Source: Octopus vulgaris (Eukaryota). From it: a stretch of DNA of 64,000 bases. A model generated the notes under the pieces. The model did not search any database and was not told the origin of the DNA. It was given only the letters and a program-made list of their open reading frames with translations. Shown one piece after another: positions 1-15,600 of the stretch. A program made the position numbers and the translations under genes. The DNA lies in assembly GCA_951406725.2 (NCBI GenBank), contig OX597830.1, positions 25,172,001-25,236,000 of the forward strand, written 5' to 3'. Position 1 is the stretch's first letter, and each line of letters starts with the position of its first letter.

Positions 1-3000
1 CCTGAAGAAATTATTACAACTCACACTGCAGAACCTCTAACAGCGACAACAAAACTACCATCTCTAACAACTCTAGCCGAAGAAGTAGAAACATCTATGC
101 CCACCACAATTTCTGCTCCCACAGTGAGTACACCAACTCAAACAACTATTGCTTCCTCAACTGCAGAACATACGACTGTCACTGAACTGCCACGCACTGA
201 CAAAACTACAACTGAAGCTACCACATTCACATCGACTGAAAAGACTCCAGAAACAAAACACAAACAGGCACACCAGAAATGATTACAGCACCTGTCATGG
301 ACACAACTGCACACATTGCATCAACAACTCAAATTCAAGCAGAAACAGAGGAATCAACTTCCCAACTTCCTACAACAATACATCTTATAACACCTACTAC
401 TGAAACAACAACACAACTTGAAGAAATTATTACAACTCACACTGCAGAACCTCTAACAGCGACAACAAAACTACCATCTCTAACAACTCTAGCCGAAGAA
501 GTAGAAACATCTATGCCCACAACAATTTCTGCTCCCACAGTGAGTACACCAACTCAAACAACTATTGCTTCCTCAACTGCAGAACATACGACTGTCACTG
601 AACTGCCACGCACTGACAAAACTACAACTGAAGCTACCACATTCACATCCACTGAAAAGACTCCAGAAACAACCACACAAACAGGCACACCAGAAATGAT
701 TACAGCACCTGTCACGGACACAACTGCACACATTGCATCAACAACACAAATTCAAAAAGAAACAGAGAAGACAACTTCCCAACTTCCTACAACAACACAT
801 CTTTTAACACCTACTACTGAAACAACAACACAACCTGAAGAAATCATTACAACTCACACTGCAGAAACTCTAACAGCGACAACAAAACAACCATCTCTAT
901 CAACTCTAGCCGAAGAAGTAGAAACATCTATGCACACCACAATTTCTGCTCCCACAGTGAGTACACCAACTCAAACAACTATTGCTTCCTCAACTGCAGA
1001 ACATACGACTGTCACTGAACTGCCAGGCACTGACAAAACTACAACTGAAGCTACCACATTCACATCGACTGAAAAGACTCCAGAAACAACCACACAAACA
1101 GGCACACCAGAAATGATTACAGCACCTGTCACGGACACAACTGCACACATTGCATCAACAACTCAAATTCAAACAGAAACAGAGGAATCAACTTCCCAAC
1201 TTCCTACAACAACACATCTTATAACACCTACTACTGAAACAACAACACAACCTGAAGAAATTATTACAACTCACACTGCAGAACCTCTAACAGCGACAAC
1301 AAAACTACCATCTCTAACAACTCTAGCCGAAGAAGTAGAAACATCTATGCCCACCACAATTTCTGCTCCCACAGTGAGTACACCAACTCAAACAACTATT
1401 GCTTCCTCAACTGCAGAACATACGACTGTCACTGAACTGCCACGCACTGACAAAACTACAACTGAAGCTACCACATTCACATCGACTGAAAAGACTCCAG
1501 AAACTACCACACAAACAGGCACACCAGAAATGATTACAGCACCTGTCACGGACACAACTGCACACATTGCATCAACAACTCAAATTCAAACAGAAACCGA
1601 GAAGACAACTTCCCAACTTCCTACAACAACACATTTCATAACACCTACTACTGAAACAACAACACAACCTGAAGAAATTATTACAACTCACACTGCAGAA
1701 CCTCTAACAGCGCCAACAAAACTACCATCTCTAACAACTCTAGCCGAAGAAGTAGAAACATCTATGCCCACCACAATTTCTGCTCCCACAGTGAGTACAC
1801 CAACTCAAACAACTATTGCTTCCTCAACTGCAGAACATACGACTGTCACTGAACTGCCACGCACTGACAAAACTACAACTGAAGCTACCACATTCACATC
1901 GACTGAAAAGACTCCAGAAACAACCACACAAACAGGCACACCAGAAATGATTACAGCACCTGTCACGGACACTACTGCACACATTTCATCAACAACTCAA
2001 ATTCAAACAGAAACCGAGAAGACAACTTCCCAACTTCCTACAACAACACATCTTATAACACCTACTACTGAAACAACAACACAACCTGAAGAAATTATTA
2101 CAACTCACACTGCAGAACCTCTAACAGCAACAACAAAACTACCATCTCTAACAACTCTAGCCGAAGAAGTAGAAACATCTATGCCCACCACAATTTCTGC
2201 TCCCACAGTGAGTACACCAACTCAAACAACTATTGCTTCCTCAACTGCAGAACATACGACTGTCACTGAACTGCCACGCACTGACAAAACTACAACTGAA
2301 GCTACCACATTCACATCGACTGAAAAGACTCCAGAAACAACCACACAAACAGGCACACCAGAAATGATTACAGCACCTGTCACGGACACAACTGCACACA
2401 TTGCATCAACAACTCAAATTCAAACAGAAACAGAGGAATCAACTTCCCAACTTCCAACAACAACACATCTTATAACACCTACTACTGAAACAACAACACA
2501 ACCTGAAGAAATTATTACAACTTACACTGAAGAACCTCTACAAGCGACAACAAAACTACCATCACTAACAACTCTAGCCGAAGAAGTAGAAACATCTATG
2601 CCCACAACTATTTCTGCTCCCACACTGAGTACACCGACTCAAACAACAATTGCTTCCTCAACTGCAGTACATACGACTGTCACTGAACTGCCACGCACTG
2701 ACAAAACTACAACTGAAGCTACCACATTCACATCGACAGAAAAGACTCCAGAAACAACCACACAAATAGGCACACCACAAATGATTACAGCACCTGTCAC
2801 GGACACAACTGCACACATTGCATCAACAACAGAAATTCAAACAGAAACCGAGAAGACAACTTCACAACTTCCTACAACAACACATCTTATAACAGCTACT
2901 ACTGAAACAACAACACAACCTGAAGAAATTATTACAACTCACACTGCAGAACCTCTAACAGCGACAACAAGACTACCATCTCTAACAACTCTAGCCGAAG

Positions 3001-6000
3001 AAGTAGAAACATCTATGCCCACAACAATTTCTCTTCCCACAGTGAGTACACTAACTCAAACAACTATTGGTTCCTCAACTGCAGAACATACGACTGTCAC
3101 TGAACTGCCACGCACTGACAAAACTACAACTGAAGCTACCACATTCACATCCACTGAAAAGACTCCAGAAACAACCACACAAACAAGCATACCAGAAATG
3201 ATTACAGCACCTGTCACGGACACAACTGCACACATTGCATCAACAACTCAAATTCACACAGAAACAGAGGAATCGACTTCCCAACTTCCTAAAACAACAC
3301 ATCTTTTAACACCTACTACTGAAACAACAACACAACCTGAAGAAATTATTACAACTCACACTGCAGAACCTCTAACAGCGACAACAAAACTACCATCTCT
3401 AACAACTCTAGCCGAAGAAGTAGAAACATCTAAGCCCACCACAATTTCTTTTCCTACAGTGAGTACACCAACACAAACAACTATTGCTTCCTCAACTGCA
3501 GAACATACGACTGTCACTGAACTGCCACGCACTGACAAAACTACAACTGAAGCTACCACATTCACATCGACTGAAAAGCCTCCAGAAAGAACCACACAAA
3601 CAGGCACACCAGAAATGATTACAGCACCTGTCACGGGCACTACTGCACACATTGCATCAACAACTCAAATTCAAACAGAAACAGAGGAATCAACTTCCCA
3701 ACTTCCTACAACAACACATCTTATAACACCTACTACTGAAACAACAACACAACCTGAAGAAATTATTACAACTCACACTGCAGAACCTCTAACAGCGACA
3801 ACAAAACTACCATTTCAAACAACTCTAGCCGAAGAAGTAGAAACATCTATGCCCACAACGATTTCTGCTCCTACAGTGAGTACACCAACTCAAACAACTA
3901 TTGCTTCCTCAACTGCAGAACATACGACTGTCACTGAACTGCCACGCACTGACAAAACTACAACTGAAGCTACCACATTCACATCGACTGAAAAGACTCC
4001 AGAAACTACCACACAAACAGGCACACCAGAAATGATTACAGCACCTGACACGGACACAACTGCACACATTGCATCAACAACAGAAATTCAAACAGAAACC
4101 GAGAAGACAACTTCCCAACTTCCTACAACAACACATCTTATAACACCTACTACTGAAACAACAACACAACCTGAAGAAATTATTACAACTCACACTGCTC
4201 AACCTCTAACAGGGACAACAAAACTACCATCTCTAACAACTCTAGCCGAAGAAGTACAAACATCTATGCCCACCACAATTTCTGCTCCTACAATGAGTAC
4301 ACCAACTCAAACAACTATTGCTTCCTCAACTGCAGAACATACGACTGTCACTGAACTGCCACGCACTGACAAAACTACAACTGAAGCTACCACATTCACA
4401 TCGACTGAAAAGACTCCAGAAACAACCACACAAACAGGCACACCAGAAATGATTACAGCACCTGTCACGGACACTACTGCATACATTTCATCAACAACTC
4501 AAATTCAAACAGAAACCAAGAAGAGAACTTCCCAACTTCCTACAACAACACATTTTATAACACCTACTACTGAAACAACAACACAACCTGAAGAAATTCT
4601 TACAACTCACACTGCAGAACCTCTAACAGCGACAACAAAACTACCATCTCTAACAACTCTAGCCGAAGAAGTAGAAACATCTATGCCCACCACAATTTCT
4701 GCTCCCACAGTGAGTACACCAACTCAAACAACTATTGCTTCCTCAACTGCAGAACATACGACTGTCACTGAACTGCCACGCACTGACAAAACTACAACTG
4801 AAGCTACCACATTCACATCGACTGAAAAGACTCCAGAAACAACCACACAAACAGGCACACCAGAAATGATAACAGCACCTGTCACGGACACAACTGCACA
4901 CATTGCATCAACAACTCAAATTCAAACAGAAACAGAGGAATCAACTTCCCAACTTCCTACAACAACACATCTTTTAACACCTACTACTGAAACAACAACA
5001 CAACCTGAAGAAATTATTACAACTCACACTGCAGAACCTCTAACAGCGACAACAAAACTACCATCTCTAACAACTCTAGCCGAAGAAGTAGAAACATCTA
5101 TGCCCACCACAATTTCTGCTCCCACAGTGAGTACACCAACTCAAACAACTATTGCTTCCTCAACTGCAGAACATACGACTGTCACTGAACTGCCACGCAC
5201 TGACAAAACTACAACTGAAGCTACCACATTCACATCGACTGAAAAGACTCCAGAAACAACCACACAAACAGTCACACCTGAAATGATTACAGCATCTGTC
5301 ACGGACACAACTGCACACATAGCATCAACAATACAAATTCAAACAGAAACCGAGAAGTCAACTTCCCAACTTCCTACAACAACATATCTTATAACACCTA
5401 CTACTGAAACAACAACACAACCTGAAGAAATTATTACAACTCTCACTTCAGAACCTCTAACAGCGACAACAAAACTACCGTCTCTAACAACTCCAGCCGA
5501 AGATGTACAAACATCTATGCCCACCATAATTTCTAGTACAACAACGAGCACACCAACTCTAACATTTATCGCTTCATCAACGATGGAACAAACAAGTGTC
5601 ATTAAACTGCCACACGTTAATAAGACTAGCACTGAAGCTTCCACATTCACCCCGACTGAAAAGTCTCTAGAAATTGCAACACAAACAAGCACACCAGAAA
5701 TGCTCACAACACCTATTACAGACACAGCACAGACAACATCAACAACTCCAATTCAAACAGAAACTGAGGAGTCAACTTCCAAACTTTCTACAACAACTCA
5801 TCTTATAACACTTACTACTGAAAGAACAACACGACCTGATGTTTTTCTAAAAACTGAGACTGCACAACCCCTCACCACAACAACAAAACTACCACCTCTA
5901 TCAACCCCAGCCGAAGAAGTAGAAACATCTATACCAAGCACAATTTCTGATACCATAATGACCCCACCCACTCTAACAACTATTGCTTCCTCAATAATAG

Positions 6001-6600
6001 AACATACGACTGTCAGTCGACTGCCACACACTGATAAAACTAGCACTGAAACTATTACTTTGACATCGACTGAAAAGACTCCTGGAATTACAACACAAAC
6101 AAGCACGTCAGAAATGCTTACAACACCTGTCAGAATCACAATGGCACACATTGCATCAACAATTCCAATTCAGACAGAAACTGAGGAGTCAACTTTCCAT
6201 CTTCCTAAAACAACACACGTTATAACACCTATTAGCAAAAGCACAATACATCTTGGAGATATTGCAAAAACTGAGACTGCACAACCTCTCACCACAGCAA
6301 CAAAACTACCTCCACTATCAACTCTAGTTGAAAAAGTAGAAACATCTATGCCCACCACAATTTTTCATACCACTATGACCACACCAACTCAAACAACTAT
6401 TGCTTTCTCAACTACAGAACAAATGACTGTCACTGAACTCCCACGCAGTGATATAACTAGCACTGAAGCTGCCACTTTAACATCGACTGAAAATACTCCA
6501 GGTATTACAACCCAAAGAAGCACACTAGAAATGCTTATAACACCTGTCTCAGACACAACACTGATTACTTCGACAAGTAAATTTCAGAGAGAAACTGAGG
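1..6600 (+). repeat. Coding tandem array A: 417-bp (139-aa) unit, about 13 near-identical copies to ~5490, then about 3 degenerate copies
   Basis: The ATG of the MITAPVTDTT motif recurs at 279, 696, 1113, 1530, 1947 ... 5283 (417-bp spacing). Degenerate copies follow at ~5700, 6114 and 6531. Confidence 0.95.
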
Positions 6601-9600
6601 AATCTACTCCAGTACTTCATACAGCTTCTTTTAATACACCGCACAGTCCATCTCAAACGACATCTGCTTCATCAGCAGAACACCCTGCTAAATTACTAGT
6701 AACTGACAAATCTAATGCTGTACTTAGAACTTCAGCATCACCAGAAAATCTTGAGTATCCTGTTCAGAAAGCAATTACAAAACATATGCCCACTCAAACT
6801 ACCAGCAATATGACCACTTTGCTTTATATGACCAATTCTATTCAAACAGAAACTGCTCCTGTGACATCCAATTTTCCTCGAAAAACTGACGTAGACAAAA
6901 GTACTGTTCAAAGCACAACACAAATTACAGATATTGAAACTGAACTCCCAACCCAGACATACCTTTCACAACAGCTAACCACAAGTACTCAACAACCAAC
7001 TCTATCTTTTCAGCCAGCAGAACTGGAGTCAAGAATAACACATGCAGATAAAAGCCGAAAGATAACTGAATATTCTACAGCACAACCAAGAACTGCAGCA
7101 AGTACTCCAGAAGTTCAAATCGAGTTCCTCCCAATAACTACAACCACAACGACAACGACAACCACAGCCACAACCACAACCACAAGACGACCAACAACCA
7201 CAAGACGACCAACAACCACAAGACGACCAACAACCACAAGACGACCAACAACCACAAGACGACCAACAACCACAAGACGACCAACAACCACAAGACGACC
7301 AACAACCACAAGACGACCAACAACCACAAGACGACCAACAACCACAAGACGACCAACAACCACAAGACGACCAACAACCACAAGACGACCAACAACCACA
7401 AGACGACCAACAACCACAAGACGACCAACAACCACAAGACGACCAACAACTCAAGAAATTTCCACAGCAAGAACTAAGGTAACTACTGACTTCCTTGAAA
7501 CAACAAAATTTCACAACATAACCACTGAAGAAACAGAGACTGATATCATAACACAGGATAAACATCCAGAGGCAGAAATTACTATGCATGCTGTTACTAC
7601 ACAACAAACAATACTGCCCACTCAAGCTGAAGACACTGGCACAATGCACACGCCCTCTCAAACAGTAACTTTCTCCAAAGAACACACCATTCATACACCA
7701 CTAACCAGTCAAAGTAGCATTCAATACACAACTCAGGAATCAACTAAAAAATTTTTCACACATATAACTACAAGTACACCAGAACTGCTTACACAAAATA
7801 TCACCAACACAACACACATTCCTTCAACAAGACAAAATGAAACAGCTAAATCTACTTCTCAGCTTCCTCACACAACAAACATTGGCACATCTACTAGTGG
7901 AAGCACAACACAATTGACAAGTCTTCTAAAAACGGAAGGAACAGCAAAGATTACACCAACACTAAAAACTACCAAACAACAAACTCAGTCGGTTGTGGAC
8001 AAACATGCACCAACATCTATACCAATCACATCTGCAACTAGCACAATGCACACACCAGTTGATCAGAAATTTGTTTCATCAACAGAACACACCATTGAAA
8101 TAACACAAACTGATCACACTAGTACTGAGAAGACTCTCAAAATTACAATACCAGCATACACACTAGAATCCCTTACACAAACTACCAAAGACACAACTAG
8201 AACACACATTCCATCAACAAGTCGAATTCACACGGTAACTGCTGAATCAACTTCTCAAATTCCACACACTGCACATGTTCACACGTTTACCACTGAAAGC
8301 ATACCACAAATTACAGATATTCTGAAAACAGAACAAAAGACAAACACTCCACTACCTCAGACAACAAAAACTGGACAAACATCTGTACCAATCACAGATG
8401 TTTCTAGCATGACACACAAACCAACTCACACTACAATAACTTTATCAACACAACAAAAAAACTACACACTGGGTACAAATGAAACAAGAACAGAATATAC
8501 ACCTCAAGAACCACCTGATAAGATTTTCGAGACTCGTACACCAGCAACAACACCACAGTTCCGTACACAATTTCTCACCAAGACTACAAGAAAACACATA
8601 CCTTCAACAACGCACATTCAAATACAATCACAAAAATCTACAACTAAAATGCCTCAAACAACACACATCAAGGCAACAACAACTAAAAGTGCAACAGAAA
8701 TTACAGGTATTGCAACAAAAGACATTACATCACCTATTACCACAATTACCCAAGAAGCATTCTCACAAACAGCTATTCAACCTACACTTGGTGTTTCAAC
8801 AATGCGCACACTAACGCCAGCATCATATCCTTCATCAACACGACAAATCAGTTCCACAGGAATGCCACTCACCAATCAAACTAGCACTCAAGCAACAACT
8901 GAAATTACTCCAGAAACAAAGGAATCTACTTCTCAAATAACACAAACAACACATATTCACACACCAACTGTGGAGAGCACAACAGAATTCACAGATATTC
9001 TAACGAAAGAGACTACACCACCTTTCACCTCAACTAGAGAACAACCATCTCGGTCTACTCGAGCCAAAGATGTACCAACAACGGTCGTTGCTACAACACT
9101 GCATACAGCACCACAAACAACAATTCCTTCAGCAACAACAGAACACACTACTACCAGTGAAAAACTAATAACTGATCAAACTACCACACAATATACAATT
9201 GAGGCGTCAACTACAAAGTTGCCAGAAATTACTACAACAGAAACCACACCAGAATTCCTTACGCAAAATATAACATCCACAACAAGCCAGATTACTTCGA
9301 CGAGTCAAATTCCTCCGGAAACAAAGAAATCTACTCCTCAAATTCTTCAAACAACACACATTCACACACCAACTGTTGAAAGCACAACAGAATTCACACA
9401 TATTCTAACAACAGAGACTACACCACCTCTCATCTCAGCTACAGAACAACTATCTCTGTCTACTCGAGTCACAGATGTCCCAACAACGCTCGTTGCTACA
9501 AAGCTGCATACAGCACCACAAACAACAATACAATCAGCAACAACAGAACACACTACTACCAGTGAAAAACTAATAACTGATCAAACTGCCACTCAATATA

Positions 9601-12600
9601 CAATTGAGGCGTCAACTACAAAGTTGCCAGAAATTACAACAACAGAAACCACACCTGAATTCCTTACGCAAAATATAACATCTACAACAACCCAGATTAC
9701 TTCGACGAGTCAAATTCCTCCGGAAACAAAGAAATCTACTGCTCAAATTCCTCAAACAACAAACATTCACACACCAACTGTTGAAAGCACAACACAATTC
9801 ACAGATATTCTAACAACAGAGACTACACCACCTCTCACCTCAGCTACAGAACAACCATCTCTGTCTACTCGAGCCGAAGATGTACCAACAATGCTCGTTG
9901 CTACAACCCTGCATACAGCACCACAAACAACAATTCCTTCAGCAACAACAGAACACACTACTACAAGTGAAAAACTAATAACTGATCAAACTACCACACA
10001 ATATACAACTGAGGCGTCAACTACAAAGTTGCCAGGAATTACTACAACAAAAACCACACCAGAATTCCTTACGCAAAATATAACATCCACAACAACCCAG
10101 ATTACTTCGACGAGTCAAATTCCTCCGGAAACAAAGGTATCTACTTCTCAAATTCCTAAAACAACACACATTCACAAACCAACTGTTGAAAGCACAACAC
10201 AATTCACAGATATTCAAACAACAGAGATTACACCACCTCTCACCTCAACTACAGAACAACCATCTCTGTCTACTCCAGCCAAAGATGTACCAACAACGAT
10301 CGTTGCTACAACAGTGCATACAGCACCACAAACAACAATTTCTTCAGCAACAACAGAACACACTACTACCAGTGAAAAACTAATCACTGATCAAACTACC
10401 ACACAATATACAATTGAGGCGTCAACTACAAAGTTGCCAGAAATTACTACAACAGAAACCACACCAGAATTCCTTACGCAAAATATAACATCCACTACAA
10501 CCCAGATTACTTCGACGAGTCAAATTCCTCCGGAAACAAAGAAATCTACTACTCAAATTCCTCAAACAACAAACATTCACACACCAACTGTTGAAAGCAC
10601 AACACAATTCACAGATATTCTAACAACAGAGACTACACCACCTCTCACCTCAGCTACAGAACAACCATCTCTGTCTACTCGAGCCGAAGATGTACCAACA
10701 ACGCTCGTTGCTACAACCCTGCATACAGCACCACAAACAACAATTCCTTCAGCAACAACAGAACACACTACTACAAGTGAAAAACTAATAACTGATCAAA
10801 CTACCACACAATATACAACTGAGGCGTCAACTACAAAGTTGCCAGGAATTACTACAACAAAAACCACACCAAAATTCCTTACGCAAAATATAACATCCAC
10901 AACAACCCAGATTACTTCAACGAGTCAAATTCCTCCGGAAACAAAGAAATCTACTCCTCAAATTCCTCAAACAACACACATTCACACACCAACTGTTGAA
11001 AGCACAACAGAATTCACACATATTCTAACAACAGAGACTACACCACCTCTCATCTCAGCTACAGAACAACTATCTCTGTCTACTCGAGTCAAAGATGTCC
11101 CAACAACGCTCGTTGCTACAACCTGCATACAGCACCACAAACAACAATTCCTTCAGCAACAACAGAACACACTACTACCAGTGAAAAACTAATAACTGAT
11201 CAAACTACCACTCAATATACAACTGAGGCGTCAACTACAAAGTTGCCAGAAATTACTACAACAGAAACCACACCAGAATTCCTTACGCAAAATATAACAT
11301 CCACAACAACCCAGATTACTTCGACGAGTCAAATTCCTCCGGAAACAAAGGGTAATCTACTTCTCAAATTCCTCAAACAACACACATTCACAAACCAACT
11401 GTTGAAAGCACAACACAATTCACAGATATTCAAACAACAGAGACTACACCACCTCTCACCTCAACTACAGAACAACCATCTCTGTCTACTCCAGCCAAAG
11501 ATGTACCAACAACGATCGTTGCTACAACAGTGCATACAGCACCACAAACAACAATTTCTTCAGCAACAACAGAACACACTACTACCAGTGAAAAACTAAT
11601 AACTGATCAAACTACCACACAATATACAATTGAGGCGTCAACTACAAAGTTGCCAGAAATTACTACAACAGAAACCACACCAGAATTCCTTACGCAAAAT
11701 ATAACATCCACAACCAACCCAGATTACTTCGACGAGTCAAATTCCTAAGGAAACAAAGAAATCTACTGCTCAAATTCCTAAAACAACACACATTCACAAA
11801 CCAACTGTTGAAAGCACAAAACAATTCACAGATATTCTAACAACAGAGACTACACCACCTCTCACCTCAGCTACAGAACAACCATCTCTGTCTACTCGAG
11901 CCAAAGATGTACCAACAACGCTCGTTGCTACAACCCTGCATACAGCACCACAAACAACAATTCCTTCAGCAACAACAGAACACACTACTACCAGTGAAAA
12001 ACTAATAACTGATCAAACTACCACACAATATACAACTGAGGCGTCAACTACAAAGTTGCCAGAAATTACTACAACAGAAACCACACCAGAATTCCTTACG
12101 CAAAATATAACATCCACAACAACCCAGATTACTTCGAACGAGTCAAATTCCTCCGGAAACAAAGAAATCTACTCCTCAAATTCCTCAAACAACACACATT
12201 CACACACCAACTGTTGAAAGCACAACACAATTCACAGATATTCTAACAACAGAGACTACACCACCTCTCACTCAGCTACAGAACAACCATCTCTGTCTAC
12301 TCGAGTCACAGATGTCCCAACAACGCTCGTTGCTACAAAACTGCATACAGCACCACAAACAACAATACAATCAGCAACAACAGAACACACTACTACCAGT
12401 GAAAAACTAATCACTGATCAAACTACCACACAATATACAATTGAGGCGTCAACTACAAAGTTGCCAGAAATTACTACAACAGAAACCACACCAGAATTCC
12501 TTACGCAAAATATAACATCCACAACAACCCAGATTACTTCAACGAGTCAAATTCCTCCGGAAACAAAGAAATCTACTGCTCAAATTCCTCAAACAACACA

Positions 12601-15600
12601 CATTCACACACCAACTGTTGAAAGCACAACAGAATTCACACATATTCTAACAACAGAGACTACACCACCTCTCATCTCAGCTACAGAACAACTATCTCTG
12701 TCTACTCGAGCCGAAGATGTACCAACAATGCTCGTTGCTACAACCCTGCATACAGCACCACAAACAACAATTCCTTCAGCAACAACAGAACACACTACTA
12801 CAAGTGAAAAACTAATAACTGATCAAACTACCACACAATATACAACTGAGGCGTCAACTACAAAGTTGCCAGGAATTACTACAACAAAAACCACACCAGA
12901 ATTCCTTACGCAAAATATAACATCCACAACAACCCAGATTACTTCGACGAGTCAAATTCCTCCGGAAACAAGGGTATCTACTTCTCAAATTCCTAAAACA
13001 ACACACATTCACAAACCAACTGTTGAAAGCACAACACAATTCACAGATATTCAAACAACAGAGATTACACCACCTCTCACCTCAACTACAGAACAACCAT
13101 CTCTGTCTACTCCAGCCAAAGATGTACCAACAACGATCGTTGCTACAACAGTGCATACAGCACCACAAACAACAATTTCTTCAGCAACAACAGAACACAC
13201 TACTACCAGTGAAAAACTAATCACTGATCAAACTACCACACAATATACAATTGAGGCGTCAACTACAAAGTTGCCAGAAATTACTACAACAGAAACCACA
13301 CCAGAATTCCTTACGCAAAATATAACATCCACACCAACCCAGATTACTTCGACGAGTCAAATTCCTAAGGAAACAAAGAAATCTACTGCTCAAATTCCTC
13401 AAACAACAAACATTCACACACCAACTGTTGAAAGCACAACACAATTCACAGATATTCTAACAACAGAGACTACACCACCTCTCACCTCAGCTACAGAACA
13501 ACCATCTCTGTCTACTCGAGCCGAAGATGTACCAACAACGCTCGTTGCTACAACTGCACAGCACCATGCATACAGCACCACAAACAACAATTCCTTCAGC
13601 AACAACAGAACACACTACTACAAGTGAAAAACTAATAACTGATCAAACTACCACACAATATACAACTGAGGCGTCAACTACAAAGTTGCCAGGAATTACT
13701 ACAACAAAAACCACACCAGAATTCCTTACGCAAAATATAACATCCACAACAACCCAGATTACTTCAACGAGTCAAATTCCTCCGGAAACAAAGAAATCTA
13801 CTCCTCAAATTCCTCAAACAACACACATTCACACACCAACTGTTGAAAGCACAACAGAATTCACACATATTCTAACAACAGAGACTACACCACCTCTCAT
13901 CTCAGCTACAGAACAACTATCTCTGTCTACTCGAGTCACAGATGTCCCAACAACGCTCGTTGCTACAAAGCTGCATACAGCACCACAAACAACAATACAA
14001 TCAGCAACAACAGAACACACTACTACCAGTGAAAAACTAATAACTGATCAAACTGCCACTCAATATACAATTGAGGCGTCAACTACAAAGTTGCCAGAAA
14101 TTACAACAACAGAAAGCACACCTGAATTCCTTACGCAAAATATAACATCCACAACAACCCAGATTACTTCGACGAGTCAAATTCCTCCGGAAACAAAGAA
14201 ATCTACTGCTCAAATTCCTCAAACAACAAACATTCACACACCAACTGTTGAAAGCACAACACAATTCACAGATATTCTAACAACAGAGACTACACCACCT
14301 CTCACCTCAGCCACAGAACAACCATCTCTGTCTACTCGAGCCGAAGATGTACCAACAACGCTCGTTGCTACAACCCTGCATACAGCACCACAAACAACAA
14401 TTCCTTCAGCAACAACAGAACACACTACTACAAGTGAAAAACTAATAACTGATCAAACTACCACACAATATACAACTGAGGCGTCAACTACAAAGTTGCC
14501 AGGAATTACTACAACAAAAACCACACCAGAATTCCTTACGCAAAATATAACATCCACAACAACCCAGATTACTTCGACGAGACAAATTCCTCCGGAAACA
14601 AGGGTATCTACTTCTCAAATTCCTAAAACAACACACATTCACAAACCAACTGTTGAAAGCACAACACAATTCACAGATATTCAAACAACAGAGATTACAC
14701 CACCTCTCACCTCAACTACAGAACAACCATCTCTGTCTACTCCAGCCAAAGATGTACCAACAACGATCGTTGCTACAACAGTGCATACAGCACCACAAAC
14801 AACAATTTCTTCAGCAACAACAGAACACACTACTACCAGTGAAAAACTAATCACTGATCAAACTACCACACAATATACAATTGAGGCGTCAACTACAAAG
14901 TTGCCAGAAATTACTACAACAGAAACCACACCAGAATTCCTTACGCAAAATATAACATCCACTACAACCCAGATTACTTCGACGAGTCAAATTCCTCCGG
15001 AAACAAAGAAATCTACTACTCAAATTCCTCAAACAACAAACATTCACACACCAACTGTTGAAAGCACAACACAATTCACAGATATTCTAACAACAGAGAC
15101 TACACCACCTCTCACCTCAGCTACAGAACAACCATCTCTGTCTACTCGAGCCGAAGATGTACCAACAACGCTCGTTGCTACAACCCTGCATACAGCACCA
15201 CAAACAACAATTCCTTCAGCAACAACAGAACACACTACTACAAGTGAAAAACTAATAACTGATCAAACTACCACACAATATACAACTGAGGCGTCAACTA
15301 CAAAGTTGCCAGGAATTACTACAACAAAAACCACACCAGAATTCCTTACGCAAAATATAACATCCACAACAACCCAGATTACTTCAACGAGTCAAATTCC
15401 TCCGGAAACAAAGAAATCTACTCCTCAAATTCCTCAAACAACACACATTCACACACCAACTGTTGAAAGCACAACAGAATTCACACATATTCTAACAACA
15501 GAGACTACACCACCTCTCATCTCAGCTACAGAACAACTATCTCTGTCTACTCGAGTCACAGATGTACCAACAACGATCGTTGCTACAACAGTGCATACAG

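Noticed and set aside
7029-7694. Minus-strand ORFs encoding (CGCWSS)n, (VVVGRL)n and (LLVVLW)n
   Set aside because: Antisense shadows of the stop-free 18-bp TTTRRP repeat; no independent gene signals.
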